Both the position numbers and the translations under genes were made by a program. Below are positions 19,018 to 28,823 of a stretch of DNA of 32,000 nucleotides, piece by piece (within the stretch, counting starts at the first letter, position 1; each line of letters begins with the position of its first letter). Under the pieces are notes generated by a model. That model saw only the letters and a program-made list of their open reading frames with translations. It searched no databases and was not told where the DNA came from. The stretch is from Candidatus Saccharimonadota bacterium. Its GTDB lineage: Bacteria; Pseudomonadota; Alphaproteobacteria; Rickettsiales; Anaplasmataceae. The stretch is taken from the NCBI GenBank assembly GCA_029715105.1, contig CP085695.1, forward strand, positions 210,001-242,000, written 5' to 3'.

Positions 19018-20568
19018 TTAATTTTCTTTGTTAGAAGAAGCATGAAATGGTGGTGAAGGTGGTGTTGTCCATTCTAAGGTATTACTTCCCCAAGGATTAT
19101 TTTCAGCTACTTTACCCCATTTAAAGTGGTGTATTATTACAAGTATAAAAAAAATAACCGAAATAAACGACATATACGAGCCAATGGAAGATATATAATT
19201 CCAAGGAATAAATGCATCTGGATAGTCAGGTATACGTCTTGGCATGCCCGCTAATCCTAAAAAATGCTGAGGTAAAAAGGTGATATTAGCACTAATGAAA
19301 GTAAGCCAAAAGTGTATTTTCCCTAGGTATTCATTATATTGTTTACCTGACATTTTACTTATCCAGTAGTAAAAACCAGCAAAAGCTCCAAATACTGCAG
19401 CTAATGACATGATGTAGTGGAAGTGAGCAACAACGTAATAGGTATCGTGTAAAAGTTTATCTATTCCACCTTGAGATAAAATTATTCCTGTTATACCACC
19501 GCCTACAAACATGAAAATGAAACCTAATGCGAATAACATAGGGGTTTTAAGTTCAATCGCCCCGCCCCACATAGTTGCAATCCAGCTAAAGACTTTGACT
19601 CCAGTTATAACACCGATAAAAATTGTACTTGTACTAAAGAATATGGCAGTGTTTTTGTTAAGTCCAATAGTAAACATATGATGCGCCCAAACTATAAATC
19701 CAAGTATCGCTATTCCAAGCATAGCATAAATCATCCCCATATAACCAAATATCGGCCTGTGAGAAAAAGTTGATACAACATGACTTACGATTCCAAATCC
19801 AGGAAAAATAATTATGTAAACTTCAGGATGACCAAAAAACCAAAATAGATGTTGAAATAATACAGGATCACCACCTCCAGCTGGATCAAAAAATGAAGTA
19901 CCAATATTGCGATCAGTGAGTAACATAGTTATTGCACCGGCAAGTACTGGTAATGCAACAATTAACATAAATGATGTTAATAGGATAGACCAAACAAATA
20001 GTGGCATTTTAGTTAATGACATATCTTTTATTCGCATGTTGAATATAGTAACAATAAAATTGATTGCACCTATAATTGATGAAATACCAGCAATATGAAG
20101 TGCAAATATAGCAATATCAGCCCCGATCCCTGGATGAAATGTAATCTGCGATAAAGGTGGGTATAAAGTCCAACCAGTTCCAAGACCTTCATCAATAAAC
20201 ATAGAAAAGACAAGTAAAATAAAGGATGATATTAGTAGCCAAAAACTTAAATTATTCATACGAGGAAATGCCATATCTTGTGCACCAATCATAAGAGGTA
20301 CAAACCAATTACCAAACCCTCCGATTAATGCAGGCATTATCATAAAGAATACCATTATTATTGCATGACCTGTGATTATCACATTGTATAATTGATAATT
20401 ATTATTGAGTATATTAATATGCATTAATTGAGTACGGATAATTAACGATAACAGTCCACCAACAATTCCGGTTAATATAGAAAAAATGATGTATAGTGTT
20501 CCTATATCTTTATGATTAGTAGAAAATAGCCAACGTTTCATGTTTTTTGATATATTATTTATATTCAT
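19018..20568 (-). CDS. ctaD: cytochrome c oxidase (aa3-type) subunit I
   Basis: 516 aa. [29 protein letters not shown], and the HHMF and VVAHFHY heme/CuB ligand motifs. Confidence 0.97.
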   Translation of the reverse strand: MNINNISKNMKRWLFSTNHKDIGTLYIIFSILTGIVGGLLSLIIRTQLMHINILNNNYQLYNVIITGHAIIMVFFMIMPALIGGFGNWFVPLMIGAQDMAFPRMNNLSFWLLISSFILLVFSMFIDEGLGTGWTLYPPLSQITFHPGIGADIAIFALHIAGISSIIGAINFIVTIFNMRIKDMSLTKMPLFVWSILLTSFMLIVALPVLAGAITMLLTDRNIGTSFFDPAGGGDPVLFQHLFWFFGHPEVYIIIFPGFGIVSHVVSTFSHRPIFGYMGMIYAMLGIAILGFIVWAHHMFTIGLNKNTAIFFSTSTIFIGVITGVKVFSWIATMWGGAIELKTPMLFALGFIFMFVGGGITGIILSQGGIDKLLHDTYYVVAHFHYIMSLAAVFGAFAGFYYWISKMSGKQYNEYLGKIHFWLTFISANITFLPQHFLGLAGMPRRIPDYPDAFIPWNYISSIGSYMSFISVIFFILVIIHHFKWGKVAENNPWGSNTLEWTTPPSPPFHASSNKEN

Positions 20569-20592
20569 ATTTATTTTAATTTTAACTTTTAT

Positions 20593-21360
20593 TTATAAAC
20601 TTTTACTTTTTACCCATTTATCGAAATCTTCTTTATTTACAGCCTCAACAACGATTGGCATAAATCCATGACCTTGACCACATAATTCGTAACATTGCCC
20701 ATAATAGATACCAGGTTTTTTAATATTAAACCATGCTTCATTTAATCTACCAGGTATTGCATCAATTTTTATACCGAAAGCTGGCACTCCCCAGCTATGT
20801 ATTACATCTTTTGATGTTACTTGTAAACGAATATTAGCATTAATAGGTAAAACAATATTATTATCGACAGAAAATAATTTTAAATCTTTTTCGCTAAAAT
20901 GATTTTTTCCTTTGATATAGCTATCAAAGGAAACATTCAAATATTCTGGGTATTGATAGCTCCAGTACCATTGATGTCCGATAACTTTTAGTGTTATGTC
21001 AGCTTTCGGTACTTTTTCTTGTAACCTGATTAACTCAGCGTTTTTAAAAGCTAACATTCCGGCTATAACTGTTGGTATAGTAAACCAAATAATTTCTAAA
21101 AAAACATTGTGACTTATTTTGCTTATATTTCTTGCATCTTTTACTTTACTTTTATGAAAGCGAAATATTGTATAGGCAAGTAATATCCATACGAAAAACA
21201 TTATTGCAATCATTATACTTATTACAAATGAGTGTGAATTAGTTACAGCTTCCATTATCTCAGTTGCTGGAGAGGGAAATCCAAATTGCCAAGGAACAGG
21301 AGCAGAAGCGATTAATACATTAGGATAAAATGTTATTAGTAATGTGAACAGTTTTGTCAT
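20593..21360 (-). CDS. ctaC: cytochrome c oxidase subunit II
   Basis: 255 aa with two N-terminal TM helices. CuA centre: VIHSWGVPAFGIKIDAIPGR ... GQCYELCGQGHGFMP. Confidence 0.95.
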   Translation of the reverse strand: MTKLFTLLITFYPNVLIASAPVPWQFGFPSPATEIMEAVTNSHSFVISIMIAIMFFVWILLAYTIFRFHKSKVKDARNISKISHNVFLEIIWFTIPTVIAGMLAFKNAELIRLQEKVPKADITLKVIGHQWYWSYQYPEYLNVSFDSYIKGKNHFSEKDLKLFSVDNNIVLPINANIRLQVTSKDVIHSWGVPAFGIKIDAIPGRLNEAWFNIKKPGIYYGQCYELCGQGHGFMPIVVEAVNKEDFDKWVKSKSL

Positions 21361-21605
21361 AATTTTAAATTACATATGATAGTATAACGAAACTTGTTAT
21401 GTAAAGCAAATGTATAGACAATATAGTCAATAAAAATTTAATGTTTTTAGTTTCAGTTTCTTACTAATTTGGCCTCAGTAGTTAATTTATAGATTAGATA
21501 AAGATGAAGCAAGATAAATATTTATTGAAGTTAATAAAATATATGTAACGTATTTATAGTATTGTGTATTTACTTTGATTAAATACTGTATTAAGTTTAT
21601 TAATA

Positions 21606-21655
21606 CGTCTGTTACTGCTAACAACCCTCTAGCCTCACACTTGCAGTAACAGGCG
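21606..21655. other. GC-enriched stem-loop (13-bp stem, 24-nt C-rich loop) in the hlyD-coxB spacer
   Basis: Read directly: CGTCTGTTACTGC (21606-21618) pairs with GCAGTAACAGGCG (21643-21655), with one G.U pair. The loop is TAACAACCCTCTAGCCTCACACTT. No U-run follows on either strand. Confidence 0.5.
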
Positions 21656-21760
21656 GTAAGAGTATAAAAACGAGATTAAATATATATTTAAAATAGTATA
21701 TTAAATATATAATATGTGATATTTGATATTTCATCTTAGTCTAGATGGGATTTGTATTTT

Positions 21761-21785
21761 ATGGAATAATGGAATAAATAGAATA
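21761..21785. repeat. short tandem repeat (ATGGAATA x2 plus a degenerate third copy)
   Basis: Read directly: atggaata atggaata aatagaata. Confidence 0.85.
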
Positions 21786-21906
21786 AGAAATATTATTAAG
21801 TTTCAATTTGATTGAAGAAAGGAAAGTGGTGAAGTTTGGAGATCAAATTTCATTTACTGAAATGTATATAAAATAATGTAATTTGGTTTTTAAATGTATA
21901 AAATAA

Positions 21907-23301
21907 CTATCTTTCTATGAAAGACTTATCAAATGTTGTAATTATAGGAGTAAATAAGAATGATAAAAGAGTGCGAGATTGGGTAACTATGTATATATCT
22001 ACTGGCATACCTGGATATAGGTATACAGCTTTAAATCGATCAAGTTCTGATTTTGGTATTGTTACACGTATTGAATAATAACGCCCTAATCTTGGATCAT
22101 CAAGAGCATCAGGTGAAATATAACTTACTATACCATTGATTAAACTTAAACGACGCGCGTTATAAGCGCTTAGTCTTACTTTCGCCTTTAATCCCCTTAA
22201 TTTATCAACAGAGATTATATTGCTGTTTTTATTTTGTGCAGACAATATCTCTTCTATATTTTTAGTTTGAACTTTAGCGTCTATTACTAGGTTATCATTG
22301 TATGGTACTATCTTCATGATAGGAATACCAGATTGAATAACACCACCTTTTGTATGGTATTTCATGTCTGTAACAATTCCATCTTGAGGCGATTTGATAA
22401 TTGTACTTGCTAATTTGTTTTCCGCAATTATTAATCTTTCTTTTAAATCAGCTATAGAGGTAATAGTTTCTTTAAGTTCAATGTTTGCTTTTTCTTGAGA
22501 GTTATTTCTTGTATTTACAATTTCTAGTCTATACTCTTCAATTTTTTGTTGCACTTGAGTTATTACAGCGCGGTAATGATTAACTTTACCTTCAATTTCT
22601 GCGAGTTGTTTTTCTAGGGTTAAAATATGTAGTTTACTCATATATCCCCTTAGAAGGAGTTGTTTTTTTATTTCTAGTTCTTCGATTATTAAGCTCTCTT
22701 GTTTAAGAGATGCATTAAGTTTGGAATTTAATCCAATTAATTCACTATACAATTGTTTTATACGTTGTTCTAGTATATGAATTTTTCCTAAAATACTTTT
22801 ATGCTGAGAATTAAACAATTTTATTTGATTTTTTATTATTTTATTTGTAAAATCCTCGTCGGATAGCTTTTTTATTTCATTAGAGAATTCAATTGTTTCC
22901 ACTCCTTGAGTAACAGCAACAAGTCTTGCTTCGGTTGCTAAAAGCAATAATAGTTTTTTTTTAATTATATTTAGATTGGCTTTTTCATCTGTGTCGCATA
23001 GTAGAATTAGAGGCTCATCTTTTTTAACTGTTTGACCGTCTTTAACTAAAATTTTATTTATTATTCCTCCATTTGGATGTTGAATTACTTTTTTATTTGA
23101 AGATACAGTAACTTCTCCACTTGCATGTACAGCACCATCAATTGGTGCTGTGGCTGACCAAATACCACCTATTCCAAAAAAGATTAGTATTACTGTTAGA
23201 CCAAATAATAGCGGTCCCCATGTTTCCTGTAAAAGCTCATTTATGTTATTATTTTTACGTTTCAAAATAAAATTTATTGTTGCGTCAATCAGTTTGAACA
23301 T
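21907..23301 (-). CDS. HlyD-family type I secretion membrane fusion protein
   Basis: 464 aa. It has a short cytoplasmic N-terminus and one TM helix (LLFGLTVILIFFGIGGIW), then GEVTVSSNKKVIQHPNGGIINKILVKDGQTVKKDEPLILL (lipoyl-like motif), a long coiled-coil middle, and a C-terminal beta-barrel ending LYPGMPVDIYI. This is the T1SS adaptor architecture. Confidence 0.85.
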   Translation of the reverse strand: MFKLIDATINFILKRKNNNINELLQETWGPLLFGLTVILIFFGIGGIWSATAPIDGAVHASGEVTVSSNKKVIQHPNGGIINKILVKDGQTVKKDEPLILLCDTDEKANLNIIKKKLLLLLATEARLVAVTQGVETIEFSNEIKKLSDEDFTNKIIKNQIKLFNSQHKSILGKIHILEQRIKQLYSELIGLNSKLNASLKQESLIIEELEIKKQLLLRGYMSKLHILTLEKQLAEIEGKVNHYRAVITQVQQKIEEYRLEIVNTRNNSQEKANIELKETITSIADLKERLIIAENKLASTIIKSPQDGIVTDMKYHTKGGVIQSGIPIMKIVPYNDNLVIDAKVQTKNIEEILSAQNKNSNIISVDKLRGLKAKVRLSAYNARRLSLINGIVSYISPDALDDPRLGRYYSIRVTIPKSELDRFKAVYLYPGMPVDIYIVTQSRTLLSFLFTPIITTFDKSFIER

Positions 23302-23341
23302 TTTAATTATTCGAAGAATTTAGATTCACTTTTTATTTTGC

Positions 23342-23355
23342 ACGTTGAACGTTGA
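23342..23355. repeat. ACGTTGA x2 direct repeat containing the palindrome ACGTT-G-AACGT
   Basis: Read directly, in the divergent hlyD/fabG spacer, 41-54 nt upstream of the hlyD ATG. Confidence 0.85.
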
Positions 23356-23630
23356 TTATTATCAAATTATGTTTAATATTTTTAAGTAGACTCTATATCT
23401 TAAAGAAAATTTAAAGCTAATTTTATTAATTTACCATTATTTTATTTAATATGGTTTGTGTTTTCATTACGCTTAATTTAGGTAGAGATATTAATATAAT
23501 TTGTATTTATATACATACAATAATATCTAAGTTTTAGATTTTAGTTTAAGTTTTTGATGATTGAAAAATATTATCGATTGAGTAATTATGGGTATTACTT
23601 TGTTAGTAACCGAATAAAAGTGGAATTGTT

Positions 23631-24368
23631 GTGTTCAGATTAGAAGGTAAGAAATTTTTAATTACTGGTGCATCAGGTGAAATAGGACAAGCAATTGTAA
23701 GAATTATGCATAAAGCCGGAGCTGTTTTATGTATATCTAGTACAAAAAAAGAGTCTTTAGAAGAGATTGCTAAATTATATAAAAAAAATATTTATACACT
23801 TCCTTGTAATTTATTAGACATAGGAGAAATAGATCAGTTAGTAAATAGAGCAAGTGAGTTGATGGAAGGCTTTGAAGGGTTAATATGTAATGCTGGTATT
23901 ACACAAGATAGTTTATTATTAAGAATGACAGATGAAGCATGGCGAAAAGTAATTGATGTTAATTTGAATTCTACGTTTAAACTAAATAGGGAAGCATGCA
24001 AAAAATTAATTAAGAATAATAGTTGGGGAAGAATTATAAATATTTCTTCAGTAGTTGGATTGACGGGAAATGCAGGACAGGCTAATTATGCTGCGTCGAA
24101 AGCTGGGATAATAGCCATGAGTAAATCTATAGCAAAGGAAGTTGCAAATAGAAATATAACAGTGAATTGTGTTGCTCCTGGATTTATAGATACTAAAATG
24201 ACTAAAGTTTTAACTGAAGAACAAAAGAGAAAGATATTAAGTAATATTCCGATGAAAAGAATGGGTACTGGAGAAGAGATAGCAGCGGGAATTCTGTTTT
24301 TAGCAAGTGATGAAACGAAGTATATTACAGGACATGTGTTAAATATTAATGGTGGTTTATTTATGTAG
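23631..24368 (+). CDS. fabG: 3-oxoacyl-[acyl-carrier-protein] reductase
   Basis: 245 aa with a GTG start. TGASGEIGQAI (NAD(P)-binding), NAG, catalytic S..YAASKAG, and NCVAPGFIDTKMT. Confidence 0.9.
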   Translation: MFRLEGKKFLITGASGEIGQAIVRIMHKAGAVLCISSTKKESLEEIAKLYKKNIYTLPCNLLDIGEIDQLVNRASELMEGFEGLICNAGITQDSLLLRMTDEAWRKVIDVNLNSTFKLNREACKKLIKNNSWGRIINISSVVGLTGNAGQANYAASKAGIIAMSKSIAKEVANRNITVNCVAPGFIDTKMTKVLTEEQKRKILSNIPMKRMGTGEEIAAGILFLASDETKYITGHVLNINGGLFM

Positions 24369-24494
24369 TTTATTATTTTATGTGCAGTAAAACATTATCT
24401 TAATTTTGTGGACAAATTATGAATTATAATTTAGAATAGGAATATTGTTGGAACAATAAATTAATTTTGCTAGTTTGATATTTAGAGGCATAGA

Positions 24495-24833
24495 ATGAGC
24501 TTAATAAAATTTTTTAGTATTTTGTGCTTAGTATTATTTTTGTCAAGCAATGCGGATACAATGAGTACTGGTGCTAATGATAGTGGTGGTGATAACAATG
24601 ATGTAACTGCTCAAGTGATATGTAACATTATTGCTTATATTTGGAGGATAGGTGGTCCTCTTATGACAGTGATAATAATTGGTGCGTCTTTGCTTGCAAT
24701 ATTTGGTAGAATGCCTTGGCCAGCTCTTTTTGCATTAGGTATGTTTTGTGGTGTGTTTTTTGGTGCTAAGACGATTATAAAGCAAGTTATACCTAGTGAT
24801 GTAAAGAGTACGTTAGATAGCTGTGGAAGATAA
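24495..24833 (+). CDS. VirB2/TrbC-family type IV secretion pilin-like protein
   Basis: 112 aa. Signal peptide MSLIKFFSILCLVLFLSSNA, then two hydrophobic helices. By-eye alignment to A. tumefaciens VirB2: VICNIIAYI..GGPLMTVIIIGASLLAIFGRMPWPALFALGMFCGVFFGAKTIIKQV vs VNNICTFILGPFGQSLAVLGIVAIGISWMFGRASLGLVAGVVGGIVIMFGASFLGQTL. Confidence 0.7.
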   Translation: MSLIKFFSILCLVLFLSSNADTMSTGANDSGGDNNDVTAQVICNIIAYIWRIGGPLMTVIIIGASLLAIFGRMPWPALFALGMFCGVFFGAKTIIKQVIPSDVKSTLDSCGR

Positions 24834-25417
24834 ATGAAAAGTTAAAAGATTCATATTTTGTATTCTTTTACAAAAGAGAGTGTTAGCCGATTATTTGTTG
24901 TTAGAGTTTTGTCTAATTCTCATAATTGTTTCTTTTAATCAGAGGATTTTATTGACGTTAAATAGAAGGGTGATGTGGGATTTGTTATGGGGAATGAATC
25001 CTTATAGAATAAATTTATTTGTACGATTTGTAATAAAATTTATATCTATTTTTAGTAGGGTTTTTTGATAGATTTTATAAGGTTTTTCGTTTTAGAGATT
25101 ATATTTTTAAAATATTAAAGAAGGGAGTTTACTTTAGCTTTATTTCTGCGGGTACCTCTATATGCGTTATCCTAATTTGGTATTTCTTATGAAGATTAAA
25201 TTATATGTACTTTATGGAATTTGTAGTTTTATAAGGGGGTGAGATTATATGATTTATTTTTTACAACAAAAATTGTACAGAATGTTTACGTTATACGCGA
25301 ATAGTTGTAATGATCTAAAATATATGGATAACTAGTTTAAGGTAATAAATAGATTAATAAAAGTTTCTAATTCCTTTTTATTTGTTTATATAAATTTACT
25401 ATAGTTTTTATCATATT

Positions 25418-25451
25418 AAAAAAAGTGGAGGAGAGAGGAAGTGGAGAAAAG
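25418..25451 (+). repeat. polypurine tract with an internal AAGTGGAG direct repeat
   Basis: Read directly: aaaaaaagtggaggagagaggaagtggagaaaag. Only two T interruptions occur in 34 nt. AAGTGGAG appears at 25423-25430 and 25439-25446. Confidence 0.85.
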
Positions 25452-25535
25452 TTATTTAATGAAAAGAAGGTGTTTTATTTTGAAAATTGTGTTATTATTT
25501 TATGACACTAATTAAAAAACTTTTTAAAATCGTTT

Positions 25536-26201
25536 TTAAGATGTATAAGATTGTAACTTTTTGACATATTTAATAAGCCTATCTATAGTAGTTAATTTAA
25601 TTTTATGTTGTTTAGCAAATTTAAGTAACTGAGGTAATCGCATCATGGATCCATCATCATTTACTAATTCACACCCCACAGCAGTGTGACTGAATCCAAC
25701 TAACTTTGCTATTTCAACACTTGCTTCAGTATGACCGTTGCGTGCTAAAACTCCTCCATCATTTGCAATAATTGGGAAAACATGACCAGGAGTAATGATA
25801 TCATTTTGAGTACTCTTTTCGTTAATAGCAGTAAGTATGGTATGCGTTCTATCATAGGAGGAAACACCTGTTGTGATACCGTAACGTGCATCGATTGATG
25901 TAGTAAATGCGGTATGAGGGATAAGTTTCTCATTTACATTACTCTTTTTCATAAATTCAAGGCCCAGTCTACTCATATGTGGCGCTGTCATAGCTAAAAA
26001 TACAATTCCAGTACCATATCTAACCATGGAAGTTACATGTTTTGGTTTCAATTTTTCAGCTAAAACAACAAGATCGCCTTCATTTTCTCTATTTTCATCA
26101 TCAACTAAAATAAACAATTTACCAGAATATGCATCTTCTAATACATCTTCCACGCTAGAGATATCAGATAGATTTGTTGATGTACAATCAATTTGTATCA
26201 T
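25536..26201 (-). CDS. ribB: 3,4-dihydroxy-2-butanone-4-phosphate synthase
   Basis: 221 aa. DDENRENEGDLVVLAE, GIVFLAM, TAFTTSIDA, RNGHTEASVEIAKLVG. It is a single DHBPS domain with no GTP cyclohydrolase II fusion. Confidence 0.9.
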   Translation of the reverse strand: MIQIDCTSTNLSDISSVEDVLEDAYSGKLFILVDDENRENEGDLVVLAEKLKPKHVTSMVRYGTGIVFLAMTAPHMSRLGLEFMKKSNVNEKLIPHTAFTTSIDARYGITTGVSSYDRTHTILTAINEKSTQNDIITPGHVFPIIANDGGVLARNGHTEASVEIAKLVGFSHTAVGCELVNDDGSMMRLPQLLKFAKQHKIKLTTIDRLIKYVKKLQSYTS

Positions 26202-26219
26202 ATTTATTTTATCAAAAAT

Positions 26220-26714
26220 TCACTTAAATTCGATTTTAATTATTTTATATAATCTTTCCCCATTGGGTGCTACTACTTCTGCATATTCGCCGACTTTTTT
26301 ACCAATTAACGTACTACCTAAAGGTGAACTAGTAGATATCAATTGTTTTGAGACATCAGCTTCATATTCGCTTACTATTTTATAGATATACTCTGTTTCG
26401 CTACCGTCATTATTAATCATATTTAATGTTACCGTTGCACCGAATGTTATCGAGTTGCCAGATAAATTTTTTACTTCTATTATTTCAGCGTGCGAAATTT
26501 TATTTTCTAATTCTATTATGCGACCTTCAATAAAACATAATTTTTCTCGCGCAGAATGATACTCTGCATTTTCAGACAAATCACCTTGATCACGTGCATC
26601 AGAAATGGCTTGTATAACTGATGGTTTTTCTTCTTTTAACTTTTTAAGTTCGGTTTGCATATGTTTAAAACCTTCTTTTGTTATAGGAAATTTTTTAACG
26701 ACTGAAGAAATCAT
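26220..26714 (-). CDS. greA: transcription elongation factor GreA
   Basis: 164 aa. FPITKEGFKHMQTELKKLK, AISDARDQGDLSENAEYHSAREK (acidic coiled-coil tip), and a C-terminal FKBP-like domain with ISTSSPLGSTLIGKKVGE. Confidence 0.93.
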   Translation of the reverse strand: MISSVVKKFPITKEGFKHMQTELKKLKEEKPSVIQAISDARDQGDLSENAEYHSAREKLCFIEGRIIELENKISHAEIIEVKNLSGNSITFGATVTLNMINNDGSETEYIYKIVSEYEADVSKQLISTSSPLGSTLIGKKVGEYAEVVAPNGERLYKIIKIEFK

Positions 26715-26724
26715 GGTTATCTAC

Positions 26725-28269
26725 CTAAGTGCGATCGAATTGAGTAATAAAATTATTTACAATGTTAAAAACATCCCTTTTTATATCAGCATTTATGCCA
26801 CTTGACAATTTTTTTAAAATTTTAGGATATACAGTACGAAAATAATTAATAAGATCGCATTCAAATCTACTAATATCTTTTACTTGGATTTTGCTTAACT
26901 GGCTGTATAAATTAAAAAAGATATACATTAAGAGTACCTGTTCTTCTATTTGCATAGGTGAGTGCTGCTTTTGTTTTAATAGTTCTAGAAGATATTTACC
27001 TTTGTTTAAGGATAACTGAATATCAGTATCGAGATCAGAACTAAATTTTGCAAAATCTTCTAATTCTCTGTATTGAGCTAAGTTTAATTTTATAAAGCTT
27101 ACAATATCTTTTACAGATTCTAATTGCGCAGCAGAGCCGACTCGAGAAACTGATAAACCTATATTTACTGCAGGACGAAATCCTTTATGAAATAACTCGG
27201 ATTCTAGAAAGATTTGTCCATCAGTAATTGAAATTACGTTAGTTGGAATATATGCAGATACATTACCAGCTTGAGTTTCAATGATTGGTAATGCGGTTAA
27301 AGATCCTTGTCCCCTTTTATCAGACATTTTAGCGGATCTTTCAAGCAAACGAGAATGCACGTAGAATATATCTCCAGGGTAAGCTTCACGTCCAGGAGGA
27401 CGTCTTAACAATAAAGACATTTGTCTATATGCTACAGCATGCTTAGATAAATCATCATAAACTATTAAGCAATGCATTCCATTATCGCGAAAGAATTCTC
27501 CAATAGCACAACCAGAGTAAGGCGCTAAGAATTGCATAGGAGCAGAGTCAGATGCACTAGCCACAACTACAGTTGTGTATTCTAATGCTCTACTTTCTAT
27601 TAATTTATTTACTACTTTTGCTACTGATGAAATCTTCTGTCCAATAGCGACATAAACACAGTGAACTTTTTGATTCTCATTTACTTTATCGTTAATTTTT
27701 TTTTGATTAATGATTGTATCAAGTGCAATAGTAGTCTTACCAACTTGTCTATCCCCAATAATTAATTCACGTTGTCCTCTACCTATTGGAATTAACAAGT
27801 CTATGATTTTAATACCGGTCTGCAGAGGTTCATGTATGGATTTACGATCAATGATGCCAGGAGCTTCAGATTCTACATTCATTCTATTTTCAGTTATAAT
27901 TTTTCCCTTACTATCTATAGGAAAACCTAATGGGTTTATAACCCTTCCTAGTAATTCACGCCCTACAGGAATCTGCACAACGTTCCCGCTACATTTTACG
28001 ATATCTCCCTCTTTAATATTATAATTACTATCGAGTATTACTACTTTAGCTATGTTATCATGATCTAGATCAAAAACTATTCCCTCCACATCATTTACAA
28101 AAAGTACTTTTTCGTTAAATTTTGCTTTTTCGAGTCCATAAACCAATGCAATGCCATCAGTTACTGAAATTACTTCACCTATACTTTCTTTTTTTATAGG
28201 ATAATCGAATGTTTTGACCTTTTCTTTTATTATATTTACTATTTCAGAGGTGTTTATATTATTTTTCAT
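26725..28269 (-). CDS. atpA: F0F1 ATP synthase subunit alpha
   Basis: 514 aa. P-loop [59 protein letters not shown]. Confidence 0.97.
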   Translation of the reverse strand: MKNNINTSEIVNIIKEKVKTFDYPIKKESIGEVISVTDGIALVYGLEKAKFNEKVLFVNDVEGIVFDLDHDNIAKVVILDSNYNIKEGDIVKCSGNVVQIPVGRELLGRVINPLGFPIDSKGKIITENRMNVESEAPGIIDRKSIHEPLQTGIKIIDLLIPIGRGQRELIIGDRQVGKTTIALDTIINQKKINDKVNENQKVHCVYVAIGQKISSVAKVVNKLIESRALEYTTVVVASASDSAPMQFLAPYSGCAIGEFFRDNGMHCLIVYDDLSKHAVAYRQMSLLLRRPPGREAYPGDIFYVHSRLLERSAKMSDKRGQGSLTALPIIETQAGNVSAYIPTNVISITDGQIFLESELFHKGFRPAVNIGLSVSRVGSAAQLESVKDIVSFIKLNLAQYRELEDFAKFSSDLDTDIQLSLNKGKYLLELLKQKQHSPMQIEEQVLLMYIFFNLYSQLSKIQVKDISRFECDLINYFRTVYPKILKKLSSGINADIKRDVFNIVNNFITQFDRT

Positions 28270-28823
28270 ATGTAATTCCCTATTTTCAATATCTCAATTT
28301 TACTTAAACTAACTAATTTATCTAAATAGTTTTTCAATGAAACATCAATTAAATTGAAACCATACTTTATGATAAAGCCTCCGAGTATAGAGGGATCAAT
28401 TGAATTGTCTACCTTTGTTGGCTTGCCAAGAAATTTTATAGATCCTATAATTGTTTTTATATCATCTTCTTTTAACGGTTCTGCTGATTTTATAATGATT
28501 TCTAATTCACCTGCTTTAGCAAGGTTTAGGAATTTTTCTAATATGAGAACTAGTAAATTGGAACGTTTGCTTAATACGATCATAATAAATTTTACTAAGT
28601 TCTTATTTAAATTTAAACTTTCACTTATAGATATTACAATTTCTTTTTTATGTTCGTAAGAAATTACCGGATGAAATAGACACATAAAAACATCATCATA
28701 ATTTTTGAAAAGATTCAATAAAAATTCTACCTCTTTTTTTATAATATCTATTTTCTTTTCTGAAAGAAAAAATAGTGCTTTAGCATAAGACGAAATTAAG
28801 TTGTTATATTGAATTTTTCTCAT
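28266..28823 (-). CDS. atpH: F0F1 ATP synthase subunit delta (OSCP)
   Basis: 185 aa with a YAKALF start typical of OSCP and [13 protein letters not shown] near the C-terminus. Its stop overlaps the atpA start in an ATGA. Confidence 0.85.
   Translation of the reverse strand: MRKIQYNNLISSYAKALFFLSEKKIDIIKKEVEFLLNLFKNYDDVFMCLFHPVISYEHKKEIVISISESLNLNKNLVKFIMIVLSKRSNLLVLILEKFLNLAKAGELEIIIKSAEPLKEDDIKTIIGSIKFLGKPTKVDNSIDPSILGGFIIKYGFNLIDVSLKNYLDKLVSLSKIEILKIGNYI

Noticed and set aside
24880-25068. 62-aa GTG-initiated ORF downstream of the VirB2-like gene
   Set aside because: It shows no similarity by eye to VirB2 or anything else, has no ribosome-binding sequence, and has a typical random AT-rich translation.
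25249-25335. 28-codon ORF (MIYFLQQKLYRMFTLYANSCNDLKYMDN) preceded by AAGGGGGTGAG
   Set aside because: The G5-containing SD-like sequence is suggestive. But an open 28-codon frame has roughly a 9% chance probability here, and the peptide has no signal, TM or motif features.
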